43,146 nucleotides of DNA from Octopus bimaculoides (GCF_001194135.2 NC_068982.1:52990189-53033334); one strand, 5' to 3'. Counted from the stretch's first letter, positions 22,765-35,068 are shown. The notes: generated from the sequence alone by a model not told the origin. Numbers and translations: made by a program.

Positions 22765-23080
22765 GCAGCAGCTCAGCAGGCTGTTTAAATGTTTGACATT
22801 TTGTGGAGGAGTGATTATCACTTTTTTCTTCTTTTTTTTTTTTTTTAACCGAAGGCAATAAATATTTGAATACCTCCGAGTTAGATACATTTAATGGTCC
22901 AGTTAAGCGTTGGTCACACCTAAAAATATATATAATAGTCAGCAGTTTTATTCCTTCCATGAAACTTGTGAACAGAAGATGAAACTTGTGACGGAAAGAT
23001 AGGAAACGCTAAGTTTTTGTTAGAGAAAGCATTTAAGGGAAAATTAGAGGAAAACAACTACAAGAATGAAGAATATTCAT

Positions 23081-23448
23081 CCAGGTTCCACAAGACCCTT
23101 GGGGAGCCATATAAGATTTGTTGTTGTGGGGAGGGTCCATACAAGCAAAATAGTAAATTGGGGGATGGGGTCCATGGTAGTATTTTAGGGGTTAAGGAAA
23201 ACATTTTGCTTCAGATGTATTTATTGTAGGAAAGAACTAGGCTTCTTACAATAAATATCGTTTAACATGTTTCCAACCACTGAAATACGAGTGAATGAGT
23301 AAAGAACAGAAGGGAAATTTTAAAAGAAGTATCTATAAAACTAGTTTTTAAACATTAAATAGATATTGGGGACCACAAGAATAAAATAAGTTATCAAAAG
23401 GGTCCATAGGTAAAAAAACAAAACAAAACAAAAAAAACCCAGCTAGGT
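23081..23448. mobile_element. Possible hAT-like MITE
   Basis: Repeated GGGTCCAT/GGGGACCAC subterminal-type motifs; termini only loosely complementary. Confidence 0.3.
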
Positions 23449-23764
23449 GTAGAAAACGGAATTCAGCTCCAAGTGCAAGGAAAGTAATATATACACACAT
23501 ACATACTGTTCACACACACGCACGCGAGTACATGAGAGAGAAACATTGGTGTTCCAGAATTCTCTGTGCTTATGAGTCGAGTGTGTTGAACACACCGTCA
23601 TCATAAACGTCATAAGTCTTTTTTCTCAATTGAGGTACATTTTAAACAGCTAGCATATTTTGCGCCTGGATCTGCCTAAACGTATTATGAATAAATATGC
23701 AAATATTCGTTCCACATCTCGCTGTGCACGACGAAAATAATGATTTTATATATGTGAATATATA

Positions 23765-23804
<40 letters not shown>

Positions 23805-23869
23805 ATGAGAGAGAGAGAGATAAAAAGTAGACTGAACTATCGTAAAATGAAGTGGTTTGTTCCAGAACA

Positions 23870-23950
23870 TAACAGACCATTGGTCTGGGAGTTGAGACCA
23901 CGACCTTTCAATCGAGAGTACAACACCTTAACCACTTGGCCACGCACCTG
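23870..23950 (-). mobile_element. SINE tRNA-head fragment (C/D type)
   Basis: Reverse complement GGTGCGTGGCCAAGTGGTTAAGG..GGTCTCAACTCCCAGACC. Confidence 0.65.
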
Positions 23951-24394
23951 TACACACACACACACACACACGAAAAGCACAGAGAAAAAGTTGAAAATGC
24001 CTTACATTTTTATACACATGTATAGTTTTCGTTTAAATCAAACAAGTTTAACCCTCTAATATAAATCGTAAAGAAGTTTATTCAATGTGTATATATATGC
24101 GAAAATAAAAATATAAAAATACGTCTTCGTGTAACAAATACTTTTGTACTATATTTTAACTGAAAATATACTGGCGTACGTATTCACAATGTTAACTTTA
24201 ACATACATAACACAAATATATGAGAGAAAGAAAAAGCAGATCACATATTACTTCGAGTCATTCGTATAGAGAAAGATTTTAGTGCATACAGTTTTGTTTG
24301 TGTGTTGCGGCCAAAGGAGGTGCTGTAAGAGAAGAAAAATCATATTTTAACTAATCGGTTTTGCGCCGGCGTTTAGTCTTTCAAAGTTTAGCGA

Positions 24395-26096
24395 GGAATT
24401 AAATGAATAAATAGGAATACCTCTTTTATATATATATCAGTCCTAATATAGGAATTAAATGAATAAATAGGAATACCTCTTTTATATATATATATCAGTC
24501 CTTCAATATTTGATATTATCAATCCTAATATAGGAATTAAATGAATAAATAGGAATACATCTTTTATATATATATATCAGTCCTTCAATATTTAATATTA
24601 TCAGTCCTAATATAGGAATTAAATGAATAAATAGGAATACCTCTTATATATATATATATCAGTCCTTCAATATTTGATATTATCAGTCCTAATATAGGAA
24701 TTAAATGAATAAATAGGAATACCTCTTTTATATATATATCAGTCCTTCAATATTTAATATTATCAGTCCTAATATAGGAATTAAATGAATAAATAAGAAT
24801 ACCTCTTATATATATATATATATCAGTCCTTCAATATTTAATATTATCAGTCCTAATATAANNNNNNNNNNNNNNNNNNNNNNNNNNNNNNNNNNNNNNN
24901 NNNNNNNNNNNNNNNNNNNNNNNNNNNNNNNNNNNNNNNNNNNNNNNNNNNNNNNNNNNNNNNNNNNNNNNNNNNNNNNNNNNNNNNNNNNNNNNNNNNN
25001 NNNNNNNNNNNNNNNNNNNNNNNNNNNNNNNNNNNNNNNNNNNNNNNNNNNNNNNNNNNNNNNNNNNNNNNNNNNNNNNNNNNNNNNNNNNNNNNNNNNN
25101 NNNNNNNNNNNNNNNNNNNNNNNNNNNNNNNNNNNNNNNNNNNNNNNNNNNNNNNNNNNNNNNNNNNNNNNNNNNNNNNNNNNNNNNNNNNNNNNNNNNN
25201 NNNNNNNNNNNNNNNNNNNNNNNNNNNNNNNNNNNNNNNNNNNNNNNNNNNNNNNNNNNNNNNNNNNNNNNNNNNNNNNNNNNNNNNNNNNNNNNNNNNN
25301 NNNNNNNNNNNNNNNNNNNNNNNNNNNNNNNNNNNNNNNNNNNNNNNNNNNNNNNNNNNNNNNNNNNNNNNNNNNNNNNNNNNNNNNNNNNNNNNNNNNN
25401 NNNNNNNNNNNNNNNNNNNNNNNNNNNNNNNNNNNNNNNNNNNNNNNNNNNNNNNNNNNNNNNNNNNNNNNNNNNNNNNNNNNNNNNNNNNNNNNNNNNN
25501 NNNNNNNNNNNNNNNNNNNNNNNNNNNNNNNNNNNNNNNNNNNNNNNNNNNNNNNNNNNNNNNNNNNNNNNNNNNNNNNNNNNNNNNNNNNNNNNNNNNN
25601 NNNNNNNNNNNNNNNNNNNNNNNNNNNNNNNNNNNNNNNNNNNNNNNNNNNNNNNNNNNNNNNNNNNNNNNNNNNNNNNNNNNNNNNNNNNNNNNNNNNN
25701 NNNNNNNNNNNNNNNNNNNNNNNNNNNNNNNNNNNNNNNNNNNNNNNNNNNNNNNNNNNNNNNNNNNNNNNNNNNNNNNNNNNNNNNNNNNNNNNNTATA
25801 TATCAGTCCTTCAATATTTAATATTATCAGTCCTAATATAGGAATTAAATGAATAAATAGGAATACCTCTTATATATATATATCAGTCCTTCAATATTTA
25901 ATATTATCAGTCCTAATATAGGAATTAAATGAATAAATAAGAATACCTCTTATATATATATATATATCAGTCCTTCAATATTTAATATTATCAGTCCTAA
26001 TATAAGAATTAAATGAATAAATAGGAATACCTCTTTTATATATATATATATATATATATCAGTCCTTCAATATTTAATATTATCAGTCCTAATATA
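24395..26096. repeat. Minisatellite, ~80-bp unit with variable internal (TA)n; spans a gap
   Basis: Unit GGAATTAAATGAATAAATAGGAATACCTCTT(TA)nTCAGTCCTTCAATATTTAATATTATCAGTCCTAATATA; about 6 units before and 4 after the N run. Confidence 0.96.
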
Positions 26097-26110
26097 TCGG
26101 TGTTGATGTA

Positions 26111-26164
26111 CGAAATATCGCTAAACATTTTGCCCGACGCTGTAACAATTCTGCCAGCTCGCCG
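26111..26164 (-). mobile_element. SINE A head fragment
   Basis: Reverse complement CGGCGAGCTGGCAGAATTGTTA..GGCAAAATGTTTAGCGATATTTCGT. Confidence 0.75.
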
Positions 26165-26289
26165 TCGTGTATTCATTACTTTGTATTGCCTTGCTTTTTT
26201 ATTGTTTTGCTTTTCCTATTTGGTCCAGATAAGCGAAAAAAGTAATTTTTTTTCTTTATAAACGTATCAACAGTTCCATAGTAGTTTTC

Positions 26290-27820
26290 TGTTATCTTTA
26301 CAAATTTCATGATTGCAGACGTGAGATTTATATAGATATTCAGTTCTTTATTACTTCATTCGAAATCTTTCAAAAATGCTTTGTCTTCGACTTTGTGCAG
26401 CCCTTTGAAAGTGAAGGAACAACGAGAGATTCCTCTGATAGATCTTCTTCAGCTTCTTGGTAAAGTTCTTCCACTTCAGCGAGGTCTTTCTTTGGCAGTT
26501 CTTGATCGTGTGACAAAAACGGATCGTTTATGTTGCTTGCGAAAACAAAAAAATACCGAAATTGTACATCGTTTCGAAATTATACATCCATTTTAACAAT
26601 TTCTATAGGTACTTAAAATCTTTCAAAATTGTCATAAATTGTGAACAAAGTTTCTTTCATAAATGTTTTATATTCTTCTCTGTAGCTTTGCTTTCATTAA
26701 TTTTAATTTATCCAAGGTAGCAAATTGGCAGGATCGTTTATCGCGTATGAAAAATCCTGTTCTTTACGCTCTGAGTTCAAATCCTACCAAGGTTAACTTT
26801 GCCGCTCATCCTTTCTGGGTTGATAAAACAACCTGCCAGTCAAGTGCAGGAATGAATGTTATCAGTCTCTTCCCATCCTTTCAAATCGCTGGCCTTGTGC
26901 TTAAATAAGAAGTCATTATTTTTACTGAAGCCAGGAGATTGATTTCAAAAATGCTTTTAGTATTGGACATCCTTCCTTATCAAAAGCTTTAATGAATTGA
27001 TCAAACGTGTACTGGAGACAATACGCTTTAAGAGTCACGGTAACGGCTTGGTTCATTGGTTGCAAGAATGGTTTTGTATTTGGAGGCATAAATATGAGAT
27101 ATTTCGGTGTTGATATAGAAATTTTAGATGACAAGGTGTATCATTTACGAACAATAATAGATAAAAAGGATTTTTTTTGTCTTCACAATACTTACACACA
27201 AGGCGATTGCGATCGAAACCAATCTTCAAACAGTGAAGCAGCAACCGTTTTATTTATTTACTTTTTATTCGACGTATAACTTTTTGCGAGGTTCTTTAAG
27301 TGACATTTGAAATTTCAGTACAATGTATAAGCATGGCTCATAACTTACAGTCTTCAGCTGTATTGCCTCTAAACATTAACGCTAACGGATATTTAGCTAG
27401 TTTAAAGCCCGGATTCGACGATTCTTCTTCTACAGTGTCCTTTCTTGCTGGCATGCATTTCCCAAAACGCTCGTAAAAAAATTTGTGAACCTATATAAAC
27501 ATATTATTTAACTATTTTATTTCTTCTAAACTTTTTTTTTTCTGGGACAAATTTGTTGCTCCTATATCAGAAGGCGCAGTAATTCCCTGCACTTTTAAAT
27601 TATGCTAATCAGCTCGCTCACTTATTTTGTTATCTATAAAGCCAGTCATTAAATATTTCTTGCATTAAGAATTACTTTGCAGCCGCCTCATTTCTTATCT
27701 TTAAGCGTCTTCAAAACCGATAAGGCTTTGGCACAAATAACAGCTTGCAAAATAAGCATGTTTAATTGTTGAGTTGGATTAGTTATTTGAGTAGCTAAAG
27801 ATTTTTCCATAAATAAGAAA
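26290..27820 (-). mobile_element. pogo/Tigger-like transposase relic interrupted by a SINE
   Basis: MEKSL..VICAKAL, DWLYR..HNLKVQG..SD, MPARK..PGFK..GNTAED, FMPPNTKPFLQPMNQAVTVTLKAY: CENP-B-type HTH plus DDE_1 motifs, heavily decayed. Confidence 0.75.
26712..26922 (+). mobile_element. SINE family A, old copy nested in the Tigger relic
   Basis: TGGCAGGATCGTT..GAGTTCAAATCC..GCTGGCCTTGTGC..TCATTATT. Confidence 0.75.
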
Positions 27821-28245
27821 TAAGACTGACCACATTTATTTTTATATATGTTTATTAATAACAACGTAGATTGGAATAAATGAACATTTTAAATTTCATT
27901 TAAATATTGTTCATTGAAAGAAAAAGTTTTAAGCTAAACTTTTAACATCCTTTTTCTGGTTTTCCTCTGAATTTAAAATCATGTGTTTTCTTTCTAAAGT
28001 AATTGTTTAACATTTCTTTAAATAACACAGTATTCGCAACCACAATATCCTTTCGTATCGGTGGTGGAGTGATTCAAATGTTAAAAAGTAAAAAAGAAGT
28101 GGAGTAGTATGCGCCTACGTCAACATGCAAATTTACTGAATGACTGAATGAACAGACAATTACTCACATGCATTATTGAAATCTTCAAAGTATTCATTAC
28201 AAATGTTGCTTTAATTATGAGCAATTCATCACAACATTTTTACTT

Positions 28246-28357
28246 TTATAGCGCAAAAAAAAAAAAATCATTAATGCGGGAGATTGTCAAGCGAGGTGTA
28301 ATATAAATATATACATATAAACTTACATATATATGTATACAAATATTTATATATATA

Positions 28358-28397
<40 letters not shown>

Positions 28398-28505
28398 GAT
28401 ACAAACGTGCGTACAAACGTGCGTACGTATATGTATATATACACACACACGTACATACATATATAAATGTACATACATACATGCATATATATATACATGC
28501 GCACG

Positions 28506-28545
<40 letters not shown>

Positions 28546-28551
28546 CACATA
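28246..28551. repeat. Compound (TA)/(TG)/(CA) microsatellite
   Basis: Low-complexity alternating purine-pyrimidine tract. Confidence 0.93.
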
Positions 28552-28553
28552 TA

Positions 28554-29200
28554 CGAGGTGGTATTAAAAAGTTACCAGACTAGTTATGTTTCATAAAAAA
28601 AGAAAACTTATTTCCATAATTCTTAACATCATCTCCTTCGCAATAGTCACCTAGCGCAGCAATACACCAGTCCCAGCGTTCCTGCCACTTTTGGAACCTA
28701 GCCTGGAAGTCGCTTTCTGTAAGCGAGTCAAGGACCTTCTGCGATTTGTTCTGGATCTCGAGAACGGTGTTAAAGTGGCGACCTTTGAGCTGCTCTTTCG
28801 TTTCAGGGAAGGGATAGAAGACTGCGGGTGCTAAATCTGGCGAAAAGGGCGGAAGCAGAAGCGATACCGTGTTGTTTTGGGCGAGAATCCAATTCTTCGT
28901 GCTCCATAGATCCGGTCGCTTTCGCTGAATGCTCTCCCTCAAACGTCGCAGTAGAACTCTCGGTTGACAGTCTGGCCCTGGGGGACGATGTACAATATCA
29001 CGGACGTCGAAAAAAAAGGACGATGAGCACGCTCTTGACTGAGCTGCAGCTCTGTGTGCCTTCTTCAGTCTTGAAGATGAAGAGCTTTTCTGTTGTGTAG
29101 ACTGCTGCTTCGTCTCAGGGTCGTACCCGTAGATCCAACTCTCGTCACAGGTAATGATCTTCGACATGAAGGATGGGTCATCAGTGCCACGCTGACGGAG
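28554..29200 (-). mobile_element. mariner transposon 3' half with internal deletions
   Basis: TA followed by TIR CGAGGTGGTATTAAAAAGTTACCAGACT; IITCDESWIYGYDPETKQQS, RKRPDLW, PPFSPDLAP, LKGRHF, FQKWQERW. The HDNA motif is deleted. Confidence 0.92.
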
Positions 29201-29400
29201 ATCTTGAAACTAGTCAGTAGATGCCAGACCAGCAAGGAGAAGCGGCTGACCTCCCCTGTTCAAAGTTTATAATGGACACAAATTCGTGTGTCACATAGCT
29301 AGCTAGAAGCGATGGCCTCTTGGAGCTAATCAACGGCAGTATTCGTCCTACTTTTTGGACTGTCATGTTGGCTTGGCGATAACTATTAATATATATATAT

Positions 29401-29721
29401 ATACTCTTTTACTCTTTTACTTGTTTCAGTCATTTGACTGCGGCCATGCTGGAACACCGCCTTTAGTCGAGCAAATCGACCCCAGGACTTATTCTTTGGA
29501 TGCCTAGTACTTATTCTATCGGTCTCTTTTGCCGAACCGCTAAGTTACGGGGGACATAAACACACCAGCATCGGTTGTCAAGCAATGTTGGGGGAACAAA
29601 CACAGACAAACATATACACACACATACATATATAAATAGATACATATATACGACGGGCTTCTTTCAGTTTCCGTCTACCAAATCCACTCACAAGGCTTTG
29701 GTCGGCCCGAGGCTATAGTAG
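29401..29721 (-). mobile_element. SINE family B (3' portion; head lost in gap)
   Basis: Tail (TACTCTTT)n and body matching 12964-13254. Confidence 0.92.
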
Positions 29722-30205
29722 NNNNNNNNNNNNNNNNNNNNNNNNNNNNNNNNNNNNNNNNNNNNNNNNNNNNNNNNNNNNNNNNNNNNNNNNNNNNNNN
29801 NNNNNNNNNNNNNNNNNNNNNNNNNNNNNNNNNNNNNNNNNNNNNNNNNNNNNNNNNNNNNNNNNNNNNNNNNNNNNNNNNNNNNNNNNNNNNNNNNNNN
29901 NNNNNNNNNNNNNNNNNNNNNNNNNNNNNNNNNNNNNNNNNNNNNNNNNNNNNNNNNNNNNNNNNNNNNNNNNNNNNNNNNNNNNNNNNNNNNNNNNNNN
30001 NNNNNNNNNNNNNNNNNNNNNNNNNNNNNNNNNNNNNNNNNNNNNNNNNNNNNNNNNNNNNNNNNNNNNNNNNNNNNNNNNNNNNNNNNNNNNNNNNNNN
30101 NNNNNNNNNNNNNNNNNNNNNNNNNNNNNNNNNNNNNNNNNNNNNNNNNNNNNNNNNNNNNNNNNNNNNNNNNNNNNNNNNNNNNNNNNNNNNNNNNNNN
30201 NTATA

Positions 30206-30430
30206 CAGGGTGTCTAAAATATTTTGCCCGATTCTTATTTTGAAAACTACTGTAGGTTTTTCAATTAATTTTATTGTATAGAACAATGATGAATAATAAC
30301 TACTGGTTCAATTTGTTTCATGTGAATGTACAAAATGGCAATGTATAAATGCCTCGCAGCATTTCTTCCGACACTCTAACTCTTATGCCAATGAACGACC
30401 TAGTAGTAGCGATAATAGCAGATGTAGTTG
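30206..30430 (-). mobile_element. Tc1/mariner-superfamily terminal fragment
   Basis: TA followed by CAGGGTGTCTAAAATATTTTGCCCG terminus; only a degenerate C-terminal remnant. Confidence 0.5.
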
Positions 30431-30439
30431 AAGAGACTA

Positions 30440-30915
30440 TAATCCTTTCTGCTATAGATGCGAGTCGATTTCATTGACGCCTGTAAGCGACTGGTACTTA
30501 TCTTGTCAACCCCCTCCGAAAGAATGAAAGTAAAGTCGACATCGGCAGAATTTGAACCCAGAACACACAGACAGACGAAATGAGAGAATTAGAGGCAAAG
30601 TCAGACTCGGTGAAATTTGAACTCAGAATATATGCAAGAATATATACCGCTAAGCATTTTGTCCGGTGTGCTAACGGTTCTGCAATCTCAATTATTGTTA
30701 TTAATAATAATAATCCTTTCTACTAAAGGCATAATGCCTGAAATTTTGTGGGAGTAGTCTAGTCGATTACATCGACGCCAGTACTCAACCGGTACTTAAT
30801 TTATCGATCCTGAAAGGAGGAAAAGCAAAGTCGAATTTGAATTCAGAACATAAAGACGGACGAAATACCGTCATGTATTTCGCCTGGCGTGCTACGGATT
30901 CTGTCAGCTCGCAGC
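30440..30915 (-). mobile_element. Cluster of three SINE A copies in the same orientation
   Basis: Three AATTTGAA(C/T)(C/T)CAGAA B-box reverse complements at about 30549, 30610 and 30834. Confidence 0.85.
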
Positions 30916-31308
30916 TTTAAGGATAATGGTAATAATAATGATTTCTTTATTAACCACAAGTGTTTACATGAAGCAAAACATTATGGACAGTACAGGACAA
31001 AACCCCCAAAAAAAAAAAAATGTTTGTGTGTGTGTATGTGTGTGAGCGTGTGTCGTTGTGAGGGTGTTGCGCGTAAACAAGATTAATAAAATTGAAAAAA
31101 CAAAAGGGAAGATCAATAATGTGTAATCCTCAATAAGGAGGAGACGTTCGAGAGCTGGTCATGGAAAACCCCATAAAAACCATAGGTACCCTGACTTTTG
31201 GGGTAGGTGCCATTTTTCGTTTCTTTTCCTCTTTCCAACTACAGGTGTATGCACAGGGCAGGCCCGTTCACTCGCACCATTCTCGCCACTTTTATCCACC
31301 TTTCGGCA

Positions 31309-31352
<44 letters not shown>

Positions 31353-31566
31353 TGCCTTCTACTAGAGGCACAAGGCCTGGAATTTTGGGCGAGGGAGTTA
31401 GTCGATTACATCGACCCCAGTACTCAGCTGGTTATTAATTTATCGACCCCAAAAGGATAAAAGGCGAAGGCGACCCCGGTGGAATTTGAATTCAGAACGT
31501 AAAGACAGACGAAATGCCACTAAGTATTTCGACCGCGTGCTAACGATTCAGCCAGCTCACAGCCTT
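31309..31566 (-). mobile_element. SINE family A, full length with (ATT)n tail
   Basis: Head to tail recognisable; (AAT)n on the + strand at 31309-31350. Confidence 0.9.
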
Positions 31567-31610
31567 ATTATTATTAATAATAATAACGATAACAGTAACA
31601 ACATCATGGA

Positions 31611-31686
<76 letters not shown>
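31611..31686. repeat. (TCTA)n microsatellite
   Basis: Direct tandem repeat. Confidence 0.97.
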
Positions 31687-31687
<1 letters not shown>

Positions 31688-32327
31688 GAGTCACATGGGC
31701 TCAATCCCCCTCCTCGCCTCTCTTCACTTGGTACCTACTTCCTCTCCACCCCCACACCTCCACCTCACACCCATATNNNNNNNNNNNNNNNNNNNNNNNN
31801 NNNNNNNNNNNNNNNNNNNNNNNNNNNNNNNNNNNNNNNNNNNNNNNNNNNNNNNNNNNNNNNNNNNNNNNNNNNNNNNNNNNNNNNNNNNNNNNNNNNN
31901 NNNNNNNNNNNNNNNNNNNNNNNNNNNNNNNNNNNNNNNNNNNNNNNNNNNNNNNNNNNNNNNNNNNNNNNNNNNNNNNNNNNNNNNNNNNNNNNNNNNN
32001 NNNNNNNNNNNNNNNNNNNNNNNNNNNNNNNNNNNNNNNNNNNNNNNNNNNNNNNNNNNNNNNNNNNNNNNNNNNNNNNNNNNNNNNNNNNNNNNNNNNN
32101 NNNNNNNNNNNNNNNNNNNNNNNNNNNNNNNNNNNNNNNNNNNNNNNNNNNNNNNNNNNNNNNNNNNNNNNNNNNNNNNNNNNNNNNNNNNNNNNNNNNN
32201 NNNNNNNNNNNNNNNNNNNNNNNNNNNNNNNNNNNNNNNNNNNNNNNNNNNNNNNNNNNNNNNNNNNNNNNNNNNNNNNNNNNNNNNNNNNNNNNNNNNN
32301 NNNNNNNNNNNNNNNNNNNNNNNNNNN

Positions 32328-32640
32328 ATAAAAAAGAAGCCGGCTGCAAAGAAATACTTGATGCAAGAAATATTTAATGACTGGCTTTATAGATAACAAA
32401 GAGAGAGAAAAAAGTAAGCTGATTAGTATAATTTAAAAGTGCAAGGAATAGCTGCGCCTGCTGATACCGAAGTAGCAAATTTGTTACAGAAAAAAAAAAA
32501 AAAAAAAAAAAATTGAGAAGAAATAGTTAAGGAATGTGCTTTAGACGCCCTGGAAAATTTTTAGTGCAGACAAGACGTAGTGCATGCAAGACGAAGTAAC
32601 GTTGCAAAGGAAAAATGTCAATGCCAAGTTTCAGTGTAAC
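32328..32640 (+). mobile_element. Second pogo/Tigger fragment
   Basis: ATGCAAGAAATATTTAATGACTGGCTTTATAGATAACAAAA matches the reverse complement of about 27625-27665; continues to FSADKT (DETG-equivalent). Confidence 0.75.
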
Positions 32641-32667
32641 TAAATATTGGTTAACGATATTTTATAT

Positions 32668-32824
32668 AGGCATGGCTGTGTGCTAAGAAGCTTGCTTCCC
32701 AAGCACATGGTTCCGAGTTCAATCCCACTGCATAACACTTTGGGCAAGTGTCTTCTACTATAGCGTCGGTCCGACCAAAGCCTTGTGAATGGATTTGGTC
32801 GACAGAAACTGAAAGAAGTCCATC

Positions 32825-32871
<47 letters not shown>

Positions 32872-33085
32872 CATATGTGTGTGTGTGTGTCTGTGTGTGT
32901 GTGTGTCTGTGTGTGTGTTTGTCCTTCACCACCGTTTGACAACCGATAAGATAAATACTAGGCTTAAGAAAATAATAACAAAAAAGAAGTACAGGGGTCG
33001 ATCCATTCGACTAAAATTCTCCAAGGCGGTACTCCAGCATGGCCACAGTCTAATGACTGAAACGAATAAAGAATAAAAGAATAGA
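32668..33085 (+). mobile_element. SINE family B, full length with expanded internal (TA)n(TG)n
   Basis: GGCATGGCTGTGTG..CACTTTGGGCAAGTGTCTTCTACTATAG..CCAGCATGGCCACAGTC..GAATAAAAGAATA. Confidence 0.92.
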
Positions 33086-33135
33086 AGCAGTGATGAAGAA
33101 AACTGCAAGCGCCATAAGTAGTTCGCTTGAAACAT

Positions 33136-33353
33136 TGTTGTCGTCACGTTAGTCGTCACGTGTCGTCTTAACGTGTATCGTGACTGTATTTAACGGGTTA
33201 GAGAGAGACGCAGAGGGAGGAGTCAGTCGAGGTTTGGACGTCTAGACGAGAACCACCAGTCGAAGAGAAGAAAAAGCAAAAAGAACAATAAAAACTCATT
33301 GCCGTTAAATGACAATTTCTACCACGAACTTTTGGACATGTTTACTATAATCA
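33136..33353 (+). mobile_element. Probable solo LTR
   Basis: TGTTG start and CA end over 218 bp; TATTTAA and AATAAA inside; flanks AACAT and AACAG (4/5 match as a TSD). Confidence 0.55.
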
Positions 33354-33382
33354 AACAGATAAAAGAGTGGTTGCAATTGAAT

Positions 33383-33692
33383 TCTGTATTTCCGGTCAGT
33401 TGTTTATCTTGATATCGAAGTATTTATCTGTTTTGTGATTACAAACGAAGTTTCCACAAGACTGTCATATTACTATATTCTTTGTTGCATTAAAGTCTGC
33501 ATTTCCGTTCAGTCATTTTTCTGCGTATCTTTGATAACGAAATAGTTATCTCTATTTCGTGTTAATAAACTAACAATTTTCACAAGACGTCATCTGGCTA
33601 TAGTTATTTACGAAGTCCGTATTTCTAGTCAGCCATTTTTTCTTCGTATCTTGATACCGAGATATTTATCTCTTTTAGTGGTAACAAGCGAA
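33383..33692. repeat. Degenerate tandem repeat, ~115-bp unit, about 2.7 copies
   Basis: Unit starts TCTGTATTTCCGGTCAG (33383), TCTGCATTTCCGTTCAG (33496) and TCCGTATTTCTAGTCAG (33616), each followed by TATCTT(T)GATA.CGA. Confidence 0.75.
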
Positions 33693-33914
33693 AGGCATAT
33701 CTTCAGATGGAAACAGTCCAAGGAATGAGTAGTTACATCGATTTCTTTATTTTATTTTAAACTGCTCTGTAAGAGCCATGCTTATATGTCGTACTGAAAA
33801 ACTGAAGTTTACTTTTAAAAACTCATGAAACCCACAATATATCCACTCAGAAGGAAAACAAATATTATTGCTGAAACATTACTTAAGACGTGTTTGCATC
33901 GCTTTGACGTTAAA

Positions 33915-34241
33915 TGGCATTAAACGTCGGTTACGACGACAAAGGTTTCAGTTGATCCGATCAACGCAACAGCCTGTTCGTGAAATTGACGTGCAAGTGG
34001 CTGAGCACTCCACAGACTCGCGTACCCTTAACAGAGTTCTCAGAGAGATTCAGCGTGACACAGAATGTGATGATACTGACCTTTATGAATCACAGGTACA
34101 ACTCATTTTTGCCAGCTGAGTAGACTGGAGCAACGTGAAATAAAAGTATCTTGCTCAAGGACACAACGCGCCGCCGGGAATCAAACTCACGACCTTACGA
34201 TCTTAAACCGAATACCCTAACCACTAAGCCACGCGCCTTCA
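33915..34241 (-). mobile_element. Chimeric SINE (C-type head/core + D-type tail) with TSD
   Basis: Core matches 22510-22575; tail matches 17895-18075; TSD TTTGACG(T/C)TAAA at 33903-33914 and 34242-34253. Confidence 0.9.
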
Positions 34242-34267
34242 TTTGACGCTAAAAGAAATGTAGTGAA

Positions 34268-34660
34268 GACGCAGGCATGGATGTGCAGGGTAAAAAAACT
34301 CGCTTCGCAGCCATTCTCACTGCGCCGCACATTTGATGAGGGTCTTCTACTATAGCCTTGGACTGGTCAATTCCTTGTGAGTGAATTTGGTGGACAGAAA
34401 CTATGTGGAAGCGTGTCATGTGTGTATGTGTGTGTATGTGCATGTGTATTTTTTCGTTTATTTTTGTCCCTCAGAACCATATGATAACCGGTGTTGGCTT
34501 GCTTACATGCCCGTAACATTAGCGTTTCGGCAAAAAAAGCTCGATAGAATAAATACCAGACTTAGAAATAAGCTGTGGGGTCAATTTTTTAGATAAGACC
34601 TTTCAAAACGGTGACCCAGCATAGGCGCAGACCAGCGATAGAAACAAATAAAAGATAACA
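34268..34660 (+). mobile_element. SINE family B, old copy
   Basis: GTCTTCTACTATAGCC..ACAGAAACT..CCCGTAAC..TCGATAGAATAAATACCAG. Confidence 0.78.
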
Positions 34661-35034
34661 TAAAAACAACGTTCCGTCACAAACAAGTGATTTTATAATT
34701 TGTGTACTTAAACGTAGGCAGGATACCATGCAGGAGGATGGTACACGTTTTTCCATGAGTGCAAAATTAGCTTCTTAATCAACCAGCCGTGGCCACGTCC
34801 GCGTGAAGAAATAGCCGAATTTAGGTTGATGGGAACTATACAACAGGTCGGATGAGTTGTACATGCAACTCAAAGGTCTAGTTTTCTCTCACGTGTTTCA
34901 TGCTAATTGTATATGAGAATTACTTTAAGGATACAAGTGACTGTGGAATACTCAGCCTTTTGCACGCGTGTTCAATGAAGAGTAGCCACTTATAGTTCGA
35001 AGTCGACATAGAGACCACTATATATATATATGTA

Positions 35035-35068
<34 letters not shown>

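Noticed and set aside
24395-26096. CRISPR-like array
   Set aside because: The variable parts are only (TA)n length differences, not unique spacers; the context is eukaryotic with no cas genes.
29220-29400. Possible second Penelope pLTR end (shares ACTATTAATATATAT with 37147)
   Set aside because: The similarity is confined to an AT-rich junction and there is no ribozyme core or ORF.
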